A DNA stretch of 63,612 nucleotides from a virus (IMGVR_UViG_3300037485_001761:1-63612), one strand, 5' to 3'; shown: positions 1 through 10,000, counted from the first letter of the stretch. Numbers and translations: made by a program. The notes: generated by a model not told the origin, from the letters alone.

Positions 1-2
1 CC

Positions 3-728
3 GAGATTGTAAATAGCCGCATTAACGTGGATGGCGACTTAGACCCTTATTATATACTAGGCGCTAGCCAATTAATGAGCCTCCGTTCCTCGGACTCAAC
101 CGCAGTTCCTGCCGGATTTCCTAACGCTGCTGCCGTTGGAGATACCGGAGTTCTTCGTTTAGTGTGTCGCGATGTTGGAACCGGCGTTAACGGAGCCAAT
201 GTTACCGCAATGCATCAAGAGAATGCGTTGTGGTTGGCACCTGCGCAAAACTGGACTGCGTTATTTGATATTAAACAGTGGACAGAAAGAAACGACGCAG
301 TAACCATTCAGTTCTCTGAATTCGGTTTAGCTTCAACTATCACGGCTTCAGACTTGATTGACCCAGCCAAGGTTCCTGCTTACGGAAACGGTAGCACAAC
401 CGACGCCCCGTTTGTTGCAATCAAACTTTACGGAAACCAAGGCCGCATTATCTGCCGTGCTACTACAGGCGCAGCGCTGCAAACTTCTTCGGCATTTAGC
501 CTTCCTACGGGCTCTTTCCTCTGCCGGTTGGAATACAACCACGGAGCAACCAGCGGAACTCCTACGTTAGCTCTGTATGTAAATGAGCGTCCGGCTACAA
601 GTCTGAGCACTCGCATCACTGGCCCCTTACAGATTTTTGCGCGAAACTGTCATGCGGCTGGCTATGTTGCGGCAACTGCGGCACCAAGCGTTCTTGATAT
701 TGATATGATCGCTGTAGCGTTAAACTAA
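3..728 (+). CDS. Beta-rich probable virion structural protein, 5'-truncated by window edge
   Basis: Frame is open from nt 3 (ORF track starts at GTG 27); Ala/Thr/Gly-rich beta-type sequence; lies in late-gene direction. Confidence 0.5.
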   Translation, partial: EIVNSRINVDGDLDPYYILGASQLMSLRSSDSTAVPAGFPNAAAVGDTGVLRLVCRDVGTGVNGANVTAMHQENALWLAPAQNWTALFDIKQWTERNDAVTIQFSEFGLASTITASDLIDPAKVPAYGNGSTTDAPFVAIKLYGNQGRIICRATTGAALQTSSAFSLPTGSFLCRLEYNHGATSGTPTLALYVNERPATSLSTRITGPLQIFARNCHAAGYVAATAAPSVLDIDMIAVALN

Positions 729-1383
729 TTTGTGGCTCAAAGTACTTTGATTTAAGTTCTCTGACGTGCAATTTCCCTTGCAAGCAGAGAGCTATTTGGG
801 CATTCTTTCTCTCTATTCCCAGCACTCTTCTTACATTATAATAAAACATTCCTGTTAACTTTTCACTCTCAGACAAATTAACGATGAAGTGTTTTCCTTC
901 TTCTAAGCCCAATTCTTCTGCGGCTTCCGCAACAATAATCATCGTTTTCTCTTCCATCGGAACTTCAGGCACGTACTTTGTCCCGTATTCGTTGGTAACC
1001 ATTTTTCCTCTCTTGTCCCTGTAATCGACCTCCTCACTTAGTGAGGTGGTTAAAAGCTGTCTTTCGCATTCCAGGAAATATTTTCTGACACGTCTTCCTA
1101 TTTCTGTCTCCTCAACCATCGCCAACTCTTTGGACATGTTTAATGTCAAGTAATAGTCTGATTTTGAGGTTCCAGATTTGGAACCTGAAGAACAGGACTT
1201 GGGTTGACGTATCTCAAAGTCAACGTTCTTGACGAATTCGTATCGCTCGATTTGTCTTTTCATCCAGGTGGAAAAATTAGAAGCCACCTCCAAATTCCGA
1301 TGAAGCACTGACGCCTTCACAGGAAACTTGGAACCGGTTAATTTTGTTAAAGGGAATTGATTTTGTAACGCTAAACTTGACAT
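616..1383 (-). CDS. AntA/AntB-family phage antirepressor-like DNA-binding protein
   Basis: LHRNLEV..NFSTWMKRQIERYEF..NVDF and DYYLTLNMSKELAMVEETEIGRRVRKYFLECE are typical AntA signature motifs. Confidence 0.9.
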   Translation of the reverse strand: MSSLALQNQFPLTKLTGSKFPVKASVLHRNLEVASNFSTWMKRQIERYEFVKNVDFEIRQPKSCSSGSKSGTSKSDYYLTLNMSKELAMVEETEIGRRVRKYFLECERQLLTTSLSEEVDYRDKRGKMVTNEYGTKYVPEVPMEEKTMIIVAEAAEELGLEEGKHFIVNLSESEKLTGMFYYNVRRVLGIERKNAQIALCLQGKLHVRELKSKYFEPQISLTLQRSYQYQERLVPQLPQHSQPHDSFAQKSVRGQ

Positions 1384-1499
1384 AAAAGCCCTTTCACGAG
1401 AGCCTCTATTCGTTAGTTAAAGTGTTGCGTAGGGAGAGGCTTCAATTTCAACCTACGCAAAACTTCTTCCTTTATCCTGGCTTCTCCGAACCACGTCAA
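1384..1499 (-). promoter_or_regulatory. Sigma70-type promoter plus structured 5' leader of antirepressor gene 1
   Basis: Minus strand TTGACG(1499-1494)-17 nt-GATAAA(1476-1471); hairpin 1425-1460; loop complementary to 1401-1407; homologous to 9880-10000. Confidence 0.7.
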
Positions 1500-1621
1500 T
1501 CAAACTTCACATTCGCCCACATCCTGTGCTACTCTCAAAAAGAGCTTTATTATTACACAGACGATTTAACGCATTTGTAAAGACCTTTGAACCCACTATT
1601 AAATAATCACGAGGAGTTTTT

Positions 1622-1954
1622 ATGCCAGGTAACATGTTTGCAGGTCAGCAAGATGAAATGACAAAAGGGCCACACAGCGAGCCCGACGAAGATATTGATT
1701 CTATTATGTCACAAGATATTACTTCTCCCGAAGACAATCCTGACGATTTATTCGGAAGTGACGGTTCTCCCTTAGCTTCTGCTTTAGAAGGAGCGGGATA
1801 TAACGCAACTCCTGAGCAGTTAACTCAGATTGAATCAATCCTCGGCAAACCAGGGGCCGCAACACCTTCTCTCGGTGCCAAGAAACCTGCAATGCCAATG
1901 CCCGGCGGCGCTGTTCCCGGAGCGATGGAATCAGGCGACATCCCACAAAGATAA
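1622..1954 (+). CDS. Hypothetical acidic low-complexity protein
   Basis: GAGGAG RBS upstream; ORF in late operon direction. Confidence 0.7.
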   Translation: MPGNMFAGQQDEMTKGPHSEPDEDIDSIMSQDITSPEDNPDDLFGSDGSPLASALEGAGYNATPEQLTQIESILGKPGAATPSLGAKKPAMPMPGGAVPGAMESGDIPQR

Positions 1955-1966
1955 TAGGAGTTATCA

Positions 1967-2752
1967 ATGGCTAAGAACGTAGAAATGGATCAAGATTTAC
2001 TTGACGAAATTATGCAGGGGCTCTCCGATGGCTCGGAATATGAAGAAACCCCGGAAGAAGAAGCCAAGCGAAAAGCTAAATTGGGCATTGACGCTTCTGA
2101 AGATTTTTCGATGGATGACTTCATGTCAGAACTCGATAAGTTTGACCCCGGTGCCGAAGAAGCCGGAAGCGGAAAAGCCGTTAAAAAGCGTAATTGGTAT
2201 CATGATGCCACTCCCGCAGAAAAGGATTCACAATTCGGGGATGCTCCTAACGAATTGATAGATGATAGCTATCTTCGCAACCTTAATACCGTTCTCCCAG
2301 ATAGCGAATCCTCAGAGTCCGACGCCTTGTTCGACTCCGTTGGTGGAGAATCTGAAGATGATAGTTTCCGTCGAAGAACAGCCGAAGCAAAAAAGAAATA
2401 TCCTAACGCCGGTGAAAAAGGCTTGGCTAAAGAAAAAGTAGCCGTTAAACCCTTAGGTAAAGGTGGAGTTGAAGTGGAAAAATCTAAAGCATTTGGTAAA
2501 GCACGACCTTTGTCGAATATTCCTTCCGAAGGTGACTTATTCGGTGCCAAGCGACCGGAACGCCCCGCACACACACCCGCGGCAAATACGCCTCCTAAAG
2601 GCCCAGCTCCCGTAGGAAAGTTAAAAGATAAATTAGCGCCAAATGGAATGGCTGAGAAATTCGGCCAATCTTACAAAGTACAAAGAGCTTTAAAAGAAGC
2701 AGGGATTCCTGATCAGAAGATTCAAGAGCTGTTAAAAAATCTTGGATTATAA
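1967..2752 (+). CDS. Hypothetical protein, acidic N-terminus and basic C-terminus
   Basis: AGGAG RBS; tightly spaced after 1954. Confidence 0.7.
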   Translation: MAKNVEMDQDLLDEIMQGLSDGSEYEETPEEEAKRKAKLGIDASEDFSMDDFMSELDKFDPGAEEAGSGKAVKKRNWYHDATPAEKDSQFGDAPNELIDDSYLRNLNTVLPDSESSESDALFDSVGGESEDDSFRRRTAEAKKKYPNAGEKGLAKEKVAVKPLGKGGVEVEKSKAFGKARPLSNIPSEGDLFGAKRPERPAHTPAANTPPKGPAPVGKLKDKLAPNGMAEKFGQSYKVQRALKEAGIPDQKIQELLKNLGL

Positions 2753-2765
2753 TAGGAGTTGAGCG

Positions 2766-4037
2766 GTGAATACAAAAGAAATGGTCACTAATGTCCGTGA
2801 ATTGGTACACGAGTATCAAACTGATCCAATAAGCGATTCATATATCATTCACCGTTTAAACAACGCATATGTTTACGCTTACAATCATTTCGTCAAAGCC
2901 AACTATGAGCTTTACGGAATTGCTGAAGACTTGCAACTATCAGCCGGTATCTTTGAATATGATTTACCGGAGAACTTATTCAACAAACGGTTGAAAGTTC
3001 TCGCTGTTCCTGCTCCTCCGAATGAATCTACGAATCCTTGGAGCTGGCAACCGGTTAAAAAGGTTACTTATGAACAGGCTTTAGTATATCAAACAACGAG
3101 AATCCGCACCTATTACCCTGAAGTGTGGTGTCAGCTCAACAATAAAGTTTACATCTTTCCGCCTCCTTTACAGAGCTACAAAGCAAAACTTATTGTCTCC
3201 AGAAAGATTCCTCCTCTTGGAGTTTTCTGTGGTACTATTACAGAACTCCGCAGTAACGAGATATTCCTGAGTGAGCTAAACGATAGTGAGGTTGAAGATA
3301 ACGCGGGATTCAATGATACCGCCTTTATCTCAGTAAGTGATTGCGATACCGGTGAGGTTAAAGCGCTGTATTCTTATTCAGCGGTCAACACAACGACGAA
3401 GAAAATATCTCTTCAAACCTCTCCCCGGAAATACGCGAAAGCCGTTATTCAGGATTTAACGTACACCGCAGTAACCGCTGGAACGGGTGAAGAACTCATC
3501 AATATAACGTATGTAGGGGGCGGAACTGCTGGAGCGGAAGTTGTCACGGTTTCAGGGAAAGCTATTTCTGTTAAAATTCAAAGCGCGGTATCTACAGCTA
3601 CGCAAATACAAACAGCGATAAATGCCTCGGCTGCCGCATTGCTGTTAATCAGTGTCGCGGTTACCGGAACAGGCGGAACAGCTCAGACGATTCAATCAGC
3701 TTATTACTTAATAGGTGGAGAGAATGATTTCAAGGGTTGTACCATCTCGGAATTGCCGGGAACTCAATGGGGAACGATACAAGTCGGCGACCTCGTAACC
3801 TTTGGATACACAACTGGAGCTTCGGTTTATGGTGAAGCGTTTGATAATTTCCTCATTGACTGGGCAGTAATGCGCGTCAGAGGCGGTATCAATGAAACCG
3901 ATAAAGAAACCGAAAACGCCTTAAAGCTTATGCTTCAAGAACTCATGGGAGACACCGGTGGACGGCCTATGGGAATCAATATTAAAATGGTGGAACGGAA
4001 TTACTACGGACGCAAGATAATGAGGATTAGCCGATGA
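2766..4037 (+). CDS. Head-to-tail adaptor / tail tubular protein A-like (P22 gp4-like) with an inserted ~95-aa domain
   Basis: N-terminal MNTKEMVTNVRELV..I..LNNA helix, EYDLP and YIFPPP motifs typical of podoviral adaptors; overlaps next gene (ATGA). Confidence 0.6.
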   Translation: MNTKEMVTNVRELVHEYQTDPISDSYIIHRLNNAYVYAYNHFVKANYELYGIAEDLQLSAGIFEYDLPENLFNKRLKVLAVPAPPNESTNPWSWQPVKKVTYEQALVYQTTRIRTYYPEVWCQLNNKVYIFPPPLQSYKAKLIVSRKIPPLGVFCGTITELRSNEIFLSELNDSEVEDNAGFNDTAFISVSDCDTGEVKALYSYSAVNTTTKKISLQTSPRKYAKAVIQDLTYTAVTAGTGEELINITYVGGGTAGAEVVTVSGKAISVKIQSAVSTATQIQTAINASAAALLLISVAVTGTGGTAQTIQSAYYLIGGENDFKGCTISELPGTQWGTIQVGDLVTFGYTTGASVYGEAFDNFLIDWAVMRVRGGINETDKETENALKLMLQELMGDTGGRPMGINIKMVERNYYGRKIMRISR

Positions 4038-7000
4038 CTTTACTTGCTAACTCAACAGCAATCATCCCCGTATCTTCACAACACGGGTTTGATGGCTCCA
4101 ACACGATTCCGAGCATCGATGAAGGATATTGCATCGACTTAGAGAACGCGGACTTAAGCGAAGCTGGAGTCATTCGAAAGCGTCCAGGGCATTGTCCTTA
4201 TCACTCCGATTTTCCTTGTAAGATGATTTACGAAACCAGGTTAGCCGTAGGCGGATACAGTTTAGCTTACGACAAGATAAATTTTCGTTCTCTTACAGTC
4301 AGAGTTACCGTACTAAACGCAGCCGGGCTAGCGTTTCTTGACAGTAAATTCGGGTATCAAACAAACCGAGTAGCCGACAGTAAATATGCCATTGCTGAGA
4401 TATTAAATTCTCTGGACGGTGGTTATGCCGGAATGATAGAAGACAATGAAATACTGTGGGACAATACCACTATGGCAAGCACTAAATCATGGAAGCCGAT
4501 AAAGATATTATCCCCCTCCATTTTTATTATTCCCGCAGGTATCCTCCCTGCTGCGAATGTGTCGGTTTATGCACATCCAGGATGCTGTCTACCTAAACTA
4601 AAAAGAATTACTAACGTTGAAATAGTGAGCGTGGCTCCTGGGACAAACAATGCGTATAAAGTTTACACGGTAGAATATGTACATTCCATCGGATATTACT
4701 GGTGTCCCGTTCAAGGCAAAATGACCTTTTCATCCAAAGTTAATGGGGAATATGTTATCTTTATTCCTGCGGTAATGAGCAGTCGTCCAGACTTTGTAAA
4801 AGATGCGCTGTATTTCGTAGCCCCAATAATTTCTCGCACGAGTGATGCTGACGTAACAACCGCTGCCACAGTGTATCCAGATTCCGTTGAAGCAGAAGAC
4901 AGGATAACTTATTCAACCATTGCTGCTGGAACTTACTATGTAAAAGGAATTGGAGCTGAAGTTATACCTACGGCACTGGAATCTTTCTATCAGCTTTTGG
5001 AAGAAAGAGATAAACTTGTAACGTGTGTCGATGGAAATCTTTACAAAGAACCCTCAACCTTCTTCACGACAACTCAATATTCCATCACTCCTCCTTCAGC
5101 GTTAACCGGACAGACTCTGACAAAAAGCCTCGGAGTATATTTCATAACATATGCGGGGGCGAATACTGTATATCTCGTAGGGGATAAAGTATTTATTCAG
5201 CGACAGAACTCTGATACCCAGGCAATTACAGTATATCAGATGCTAGTTTCAGCGGTAACTACTGCTGGGGTTTATGTTACCGGAGACGCCCCGGCTACTG
5301 TTAGTACGGGAGAAGTTCTACATTTTACCCGGTATACGAACACAATAACCATTTCAGGAAGTGGATTCCCCACTGGAATGATCATCTATGTTGATGGAAT
5401 AACCCCATATAGAGTTAGTTACTGTGATGCAGGTGTTTTAGGGTTTGACTATCCAATAAGCATTTCTTCTAATTCTTTAATCTACGTCTGCAATCCGTGG
5501 GAAGTTGTTGAGGCATATTCAACAAAGATAAGATTAGACCAAGTTTCAGGGAATGTTACAAAAATTAAACCCTCCACCAAATACTCATTTGGAGCCTACA
5601 TTGGAGACGATAAAGGCATAGTGCGGTATGATGGGAATATTCCGTTTAATCTTTCACTTCCTGGCCCAAAGGTTATCGGGGCACGAAGTATTCCTGGAAC
5701 AAAAGGAACATTTCCTATTGCCGTATCCGCCAATAACCAGAAGATAGGTCAACCTGTTAGAGCAGTGTTTACCTATGTGTTTTACGACGTAAATGGAATG
5801 AGAATTGAAACAGAAAACACGGTGCTCGGAGATGGAAGCATTACGCCTAACGCGGCTGGAGACGGAAGCGATTACGCAGAATTAGTCGAGTATAAAATCA
5901 GCTATCCTCCATTAGTTCCTGCCGGGTACCAAGTATTTGTTCATGCTTATGTGTCCACCATAAACACAGAAGTAAATGTAGAACAAGACTTTTTCCTCTA
6001 TAGAATAATCAGGATATTCCCAAATGCGGCTGACGTTACTCGTGATGTCTATTCCCCAATTTCCGTTATTGTGGGAGATATTCCCGGTTCTGCGTTAGCT
6101 TCGGCTCCGGTATTGTCCAGCATAGGCAATCCAATATTGGTTCCGCCGAGAGCGAAACACCTGGCAACAATAGCTGGAAGATTACTTGCAGCAAACTTAA
6201 CCTCATTCCCCTATGTAAAGTACAAACCTTTGAGAGTGTTTGACGATGCAAATAGGTTTGCGGCATATTTATACATCAAAGTATCTGAAGATAACGGGAC
6301 AACGTATAAGGAATATTACACTGCCCCCGTAGGCATGGTAGCCAATGGAACGTCACAACAGGCAAATACAAGTGACGTTAATGCCACCACCACGGTGTTG
6401 GGAGGGACAGATAATAACTACCCCGCCACGTTTCCTGGGTACCTGGTTAACGCCCTCGAGTACGGAAATGCGGAGGTTGGAGTAGGAGCAGCAACGGTTG
6501 CTTATACAAACACCGCAAACATCTTTAAAAGCGCGGACTATACGGCCCCCGCTACTTTCACTGCTGGAACAACTCGTGTAGTTATGCGCAAAGGTAGCCG
6601 ACAAGTAAACATCAAAGGATTGCCAATAAAATTTGAAACAGAAGTCTTCACAGTGTCTAAACCTGCGGCGGATATTATCTATAATGCCACGAGCTACTGG
6701 ACAGACCCAACTTTCGGCACGGATGGAGTTCCTGAAGCCATCAAAGGAACGGGGTTTGCAGTATTCGAAAATGTTCCTGCCATAGGCGGTAAATTTCTCC
6801 GAAGTAACTTAGATGGGGTGTATATTTCTTGCGGAACAAATACCGCTAATCCCGAATTGGTGTTATCCTTTTACGAAGATGTATTTCCAAAAGCTACGTG
6901 GAATGCATCTATCGACACCAAATATTTAGTCCTTCACGGAGTGGGAACCTACATTTCAGTCACCTCTACCCAAGGTGACGAAGTACTTTCCTTCGATGAG

Positions 7001-9244
7001 GATTTAGTTTGGTATTGTGTGTTCACGGACACTGTAGCAATCGTCCTGTCAGGCGGAGGAACTCGGACAATAAATAATTACCGCATCACTCCTTTCCTGG
7101 TTAAAGGAGCCGGGGCTACTGCTTCCTTTGATGCCGTAACTATTGGAACAGTCAGTGGGGGAAATACTTTAGATAATAGAGATATTACTATTGAAGTCTT
7201 TAGAGCGCTGAACACTGCAACCGCTGTTGATTCCTATGTTGCTGCTTTGAAAGATTTCACCATTCCTCCTGATTACGTTACAGTCGCTAAAGCAGGAATT
7301 GGAGGAGCTGGGGGTATTTTCGCCGTAGGTGATTATCTAACTTTTGAACTACTTAATCTTGATAGACAGAAACTCAGTGCGAACTTTCCTAGGCTGTCCG
7401 GGGTTTCTTGGGTGGTTACAGCCTCAGCCGCCGGAACTATTACGGTAAAATCAATTTCTACCAGAGCCATAAAGCCCGGAGGAATCAGCGAATCCGTAGT
7501 ACTAAATGCACTTAGCTATGTAGTTAATACGAAGAAAATGTTTACGGTAGGACTAACCGGGAATGTTCCATATCTTACCACGTACCTTACTGCGGGAGTC
7601 GGACTCTATGGAAGAGGGAGTTATTTGCTGGTGCGGGGCTACGATAATGACTCAGTATGCTTAGAATTAAGTGGACCAATTGATGAAATAACAGGAATTG
7701 CCACAAATAAAATTATAATCCCTATCCCCAAACCTTGGCTGACTACGGGAACCGCTACCGAAACCTATGCAATAGACTACCGAAAAATAACCGGCGTGAT
7801 GAATTCCTGCGTCATTCGTAGCTTTCCTTTGGTTTACGGAAGATACCCAATTCCCGTTCCCCGAAGGCTATCTACTAACAGTGAATTCTATGATTTAGCC
7901 TTGCCAGTGTATTCTCAAAACCAATACATTAGCGACAATACTTACGTTCAAATCACCAAAAGATTCCTTCACGCTATTCGTAAATCGACCAATGTTCCTA
8001 GTTTATCAACCACCGAAAACATCTCGGTTGGAGAATTCGTGGTCTACTCGACAGACGGAGAAAACAATTTTGTCACTGTCTCCGCCGTGGGAGGGCCTGG
8101 TTACTGGGAAATTCAAGGAATAGACAATACCACGCTCCTCCCAGTAACCGTGAAACCGGTCTACAATACCAATTACACGCTATACGGGCGAGAAGATAAC
8201 CGTGGCTCATCTTTGATTTGGACGGATACTGTTTCAGCTTCTAACGCAATCCTTGGCTCCTTGCCTACTTTCCGCAAGGATTTTTACAAAGAGATTAATG
8301 CGGAAGACGACTCAGAGATCACCGGGATGGCGGCTTTCCAGAATGCGGGAATCATCACAAAGAAGAATTCTATTTGGCGGGTTACTTTCGACGAAAGCGG
8401 GAAAATCGCAGCCCAGAGAATCCAGTCACCCACAGGAAGTGTTGGTGGAAACAACCTCCCAACTACAATTTCTTATTGTTACTTTATGAACGCATCGGGC
8501 GTCTATTTCACCGATGGCAGTACGACGGAGCAAGTGTTTAAGCTTAACCGCTTCTTCAACGAAAACGTGGATACGTCTGAACGAATGCTAAAACGATGTG
8601 CGGGTTACACGGACGCTGAGAGAAAGATTGTCCATTTAGGGGCTCCTTATTACAGTAAATACGTGGACAACACAGGTAACGTTAACGGTCAGTTCGATTA
8701 CTGCTACAACGACGGAGTCTTCGGCTGGAGCGCAAACATTGGAATACCAGCTCTTAAATTCGTTACCGCGAATCGAGAAATATTCTTCATCAACGCAGAA
8801 GGCGGAGTCAGTAAAATCCGCAATGAAGATTCCCTTTCTCGCTTTAGAGACGGAAACGGGCCGATAGATTTCAACCTTAAAACTCGATATCTGGACGCGG
8901 AAGAATTACAGAAGTATAAATTCTTACGGAATGTGCTGTTCGCTTTTGGAGATTATTCCACGTTCAATGCAGAAACATATTACACGATTGATTTTAAATC
9001 GGCGGAGTACCCTCTTGAGATTTACAATCAAACCGGGGCTTCTTTCTACAAAGGAACGGTAACCCAAGGAAACACGCAGCTCTTGAAGCAATTAAGAGAG
9101 ACGATAGCTCAGAGAGTCTTCACTATCTCTTTCCGATTAGCGGAATCAACGGTGGACACAGATTTCCCTATTTACCGGATTTCTGTGGAAGGATGGTTGG
9201 GGAACAGCCGCCTTGTAAGCCAAAAAGGCGGGACTCGGACTTAA
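4034..9244 (+). CDS. Tail nozzle / tail tubular protein B (P22 gp10-like), enlarged by beta-rich insertions
   Basis: N-terminal DLENADL..G.IRKRPG, beta-propeller-like C-terminal region and KYKFLRNV motif; position directly after adaptor. Confidence 0.6.
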   Translation: MTLLANSTAIIPVSSQHGFDGSNTIPSIDEGYCIDLENADLSEAGVIRKRPGHCPYHSDFPCKMIYETRLAVGGYSLAYDKINFRSLTVRVTVLNAAGLAFLDSKFGYQTNRVADSKYAIAEILNSLDGGYAGMIEDNEILWDNTTMASTKSWKPIKILSPSIFIIPAGILPAANVSVYAHPGCCLPKLKRITNVEIVSVAPGTNNAYKVYTVEYVHSIGYYWCPVQGKMTFSSKVNGEYVIFIPAVMSSRPDFVKDALYFVAPIISRTSDADVTTAATVYPDSVEAEDRITYSTIAAGTYYVKGIGAEVIPTALESFYQLLEERDKLVTCVDGNLYKEPSTFFTTTQYSITPPSALTGQTLTKSLGVYFITYAGANTVYLVGDKVFIQRQNSDTQAITVYQMLVSAVTTAGVYVTGDAPATVSTGEVLHFTRYTNTITISGSGFPTGMIIYVDGITPYRVSYCDAGVLGFDYPISISSNSLIYVCNPWEVVEAYSTKIRLDQVSGNVTKIKPSTKYSFGAYIGDDKGIVRYDGNIPFNLSLPGPKVIGARSIPGTKGTFPIAVSANNQKIGQPVRAVFTYVFYDVNGMRIETENTVLGDGSITPNAAGDGSDYAELVEYKISYPPLVPAGYQVFVHAYVSTINTEVNVEQDFFLYRIIRIFPNAADVTRDVYSPISVIVGDIPGSALASAPVLSSIGNPILVPPRAKHLATIAGRLLAANLTSFPYVKYKPLRVFDDANRFAAYLYIKVSEDNGTTYKEYYTAPVGMVANGTSQQANTSDVNATTTVLGGTDNNYPATFPGYLVNALEYGNAEVGVGAATVAYTNTANIFKSADYTAPATFTAGTTRVVMRKGSRQVNIKGLPIKFETEVFTVSKPAADIIYNATSYWTDPTFGTDGVPEAIKGTGFAVFENVPAIGGKFLRSNLDGVYISCGTNTANPELVLSFYEDVFPKATWNASIDTKYLVLHGVGTYISVTSTQGDEVLSFDEDLVWYCVFTDTVAIVLSGGGTRTINNYRITPFLVKGAGATASFDAVTIGTVSGGNTLDNRDITIEVFRALNTATAVDSYVAALKDFTIPPDYVTVAKAGIGGAGGIFAVGDYLTFELLNLDRQKLSANFPRLSGVSWVVTASAAGTITVKSISTRAIKPGGISESVVLNALSYVVNTKKMFTVGLTGNVPYLTTYLTAGVGLYGRGSYLLVRGYDNDSVCLELSGPIDEITGIATNKIIIPIPKPWLTTGTATETYAIDYRKITGVMNSCVIRSFPLVYGRYPIPVPRRLSTNSEFYDLALPVYSQNQYISDNTYVQITKRFLHAIRKSTNVPSLSTTENISVGEFVVYSTDGENNFVTVSAVGGPGYWEIQGIDNTTLLPVTVKPVYNTNYTLYGREDNRGSSLIWTDTVSASNAILGSLPTFRKDFYKEINAEDDSEITGMAAFQNAGIITKKNSIWRVTFDESGKIAAQRIQSPTGSVGGNNLPTTISYCYFMNASGVYFTDGSTTEQVFKLNRFFNENVDTSERMLKRCAGYTDAERKIVHLGAPYYSKYVDNTGNVNGQFDYCYNDGVFGWSANIGIPALKFVTANREIFFINAEGGVSKIRNEDSLSRFRDGNGPIDFNLKTRYLDAEELQKYKFLRNVLFAFGDYSTFNAETYYTIDFKSAEYPLEIYNQTGASFYKGTVTQGNTQLLKQLRETIAQRVFTISFRLAESTVDTDFPIYRISVEGWLGNSRLVSQKGGTRT

Positions 9245-9879
9245 AAGAAACAGGTATACTCGGATATAAGTCCAACATCTTTCGAGGACAGTTCAGGATT
9301 CTCTATCAGCTTTATCAGTTTCTTCCGAGTAACTTTCTTTCCTCCGACATTTGCATCCAATAATTCAATCATACAGGTCAACAACTGCTCTCTGTTTAAT
9401 TCACTGGCTAGACTATCTCCAGTTTCAATCCCTAATATTTCGGCAGCGGACGCGACAACTTTAATCTTCTTTGCTTCGGGCAGAACTTTAGGTTTATACT
9501 TTGTCCCGTACTCGTCAGTGATCATCTTCCCGGTTGGCTTTGAACTGAGCAACTGTCTTTCGCATTCCAGGAAATATTTTCTGACTCGTCTCCCGACCCA
9601 CGTTTTCTCGACCATCGCTAACTCTTTAGCCCTGTTCAAGGTCAAATAAACTTGTGACTTGGCGGTCAGGAATTCCTGACCTGAAGAACAAGAATTCTTT
9701 TGACGTATCTCAAAGTCCTTGTTCTTCTCAAATCCGTATTCTTCAATCCTGACTTTCAGCCAGTCTGTGAACTTCCACCCGGATTCCAAATTTCGATGAA
9801 GCACTGACGCCTTCACAGGAAACTTGGAACCGGTTAATTTTGTTAAAGGGAATTGATTCTGTATCGTTAAACTTGACAT
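9241..9879 (-). CDS. AntA/AntB-family antirepressor-like protein, paralog of 616..1383
   Basis: Same AntA motifs (YLTLNRAKELAMVEKT..GRRVRKYFLECE); N-terminus nearly identical to copy 1. Confidence 0.9.
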   Translation of the reverse strand: MSSLTIQNQFPLTKLTGSKFPVKASVLHRNLESGWKFTDWLKVRIEEYGFEKNKDFEIRQKNSCSSGQEFLTAKSQVYLTLNRAKELAMVEKTWVGRRVRKYFLECERQLLSSKPTGKMITDEYGTKYKPKVLPEAKKIKVVASAAEILGIETGDSLASELNREQLLTCMIELLDANVGGKKVTRKKLIKLIENPELSSKDVGLISEYTCFF

Positions 9880-10000
9880 AAATGGGCCCTCTGTTGTATG
9901 AGCCCTTCAGTAGTGTTACTATAGTTTTGCGTGGGGAAGGGCTCTAATCTGGCCCACGCAAAACTTCTTGCCTTATACTGGCTTTACTAAGCCAAGTCAA
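9880..10000 (-). promoter_or_regulatory. Sigma70 promoter plus pseudoknot-capable leader of antirepressor gene 2
   Basis: TTGACT(10000-9995)-17 nt-TATAAG(9977-9972); 13-bp stem 9923-9935/9953-9965; loop 9936-9944 complementary to 9900-9908. Confidence 0.75.

Noticed and set aside
1384-1499. Type III toxin-antitoxin pseudoknot array
   Set aside because: Single pseudoknot per locus, not tandem repeats, and the downstream gene is AntA-like, not ToxN
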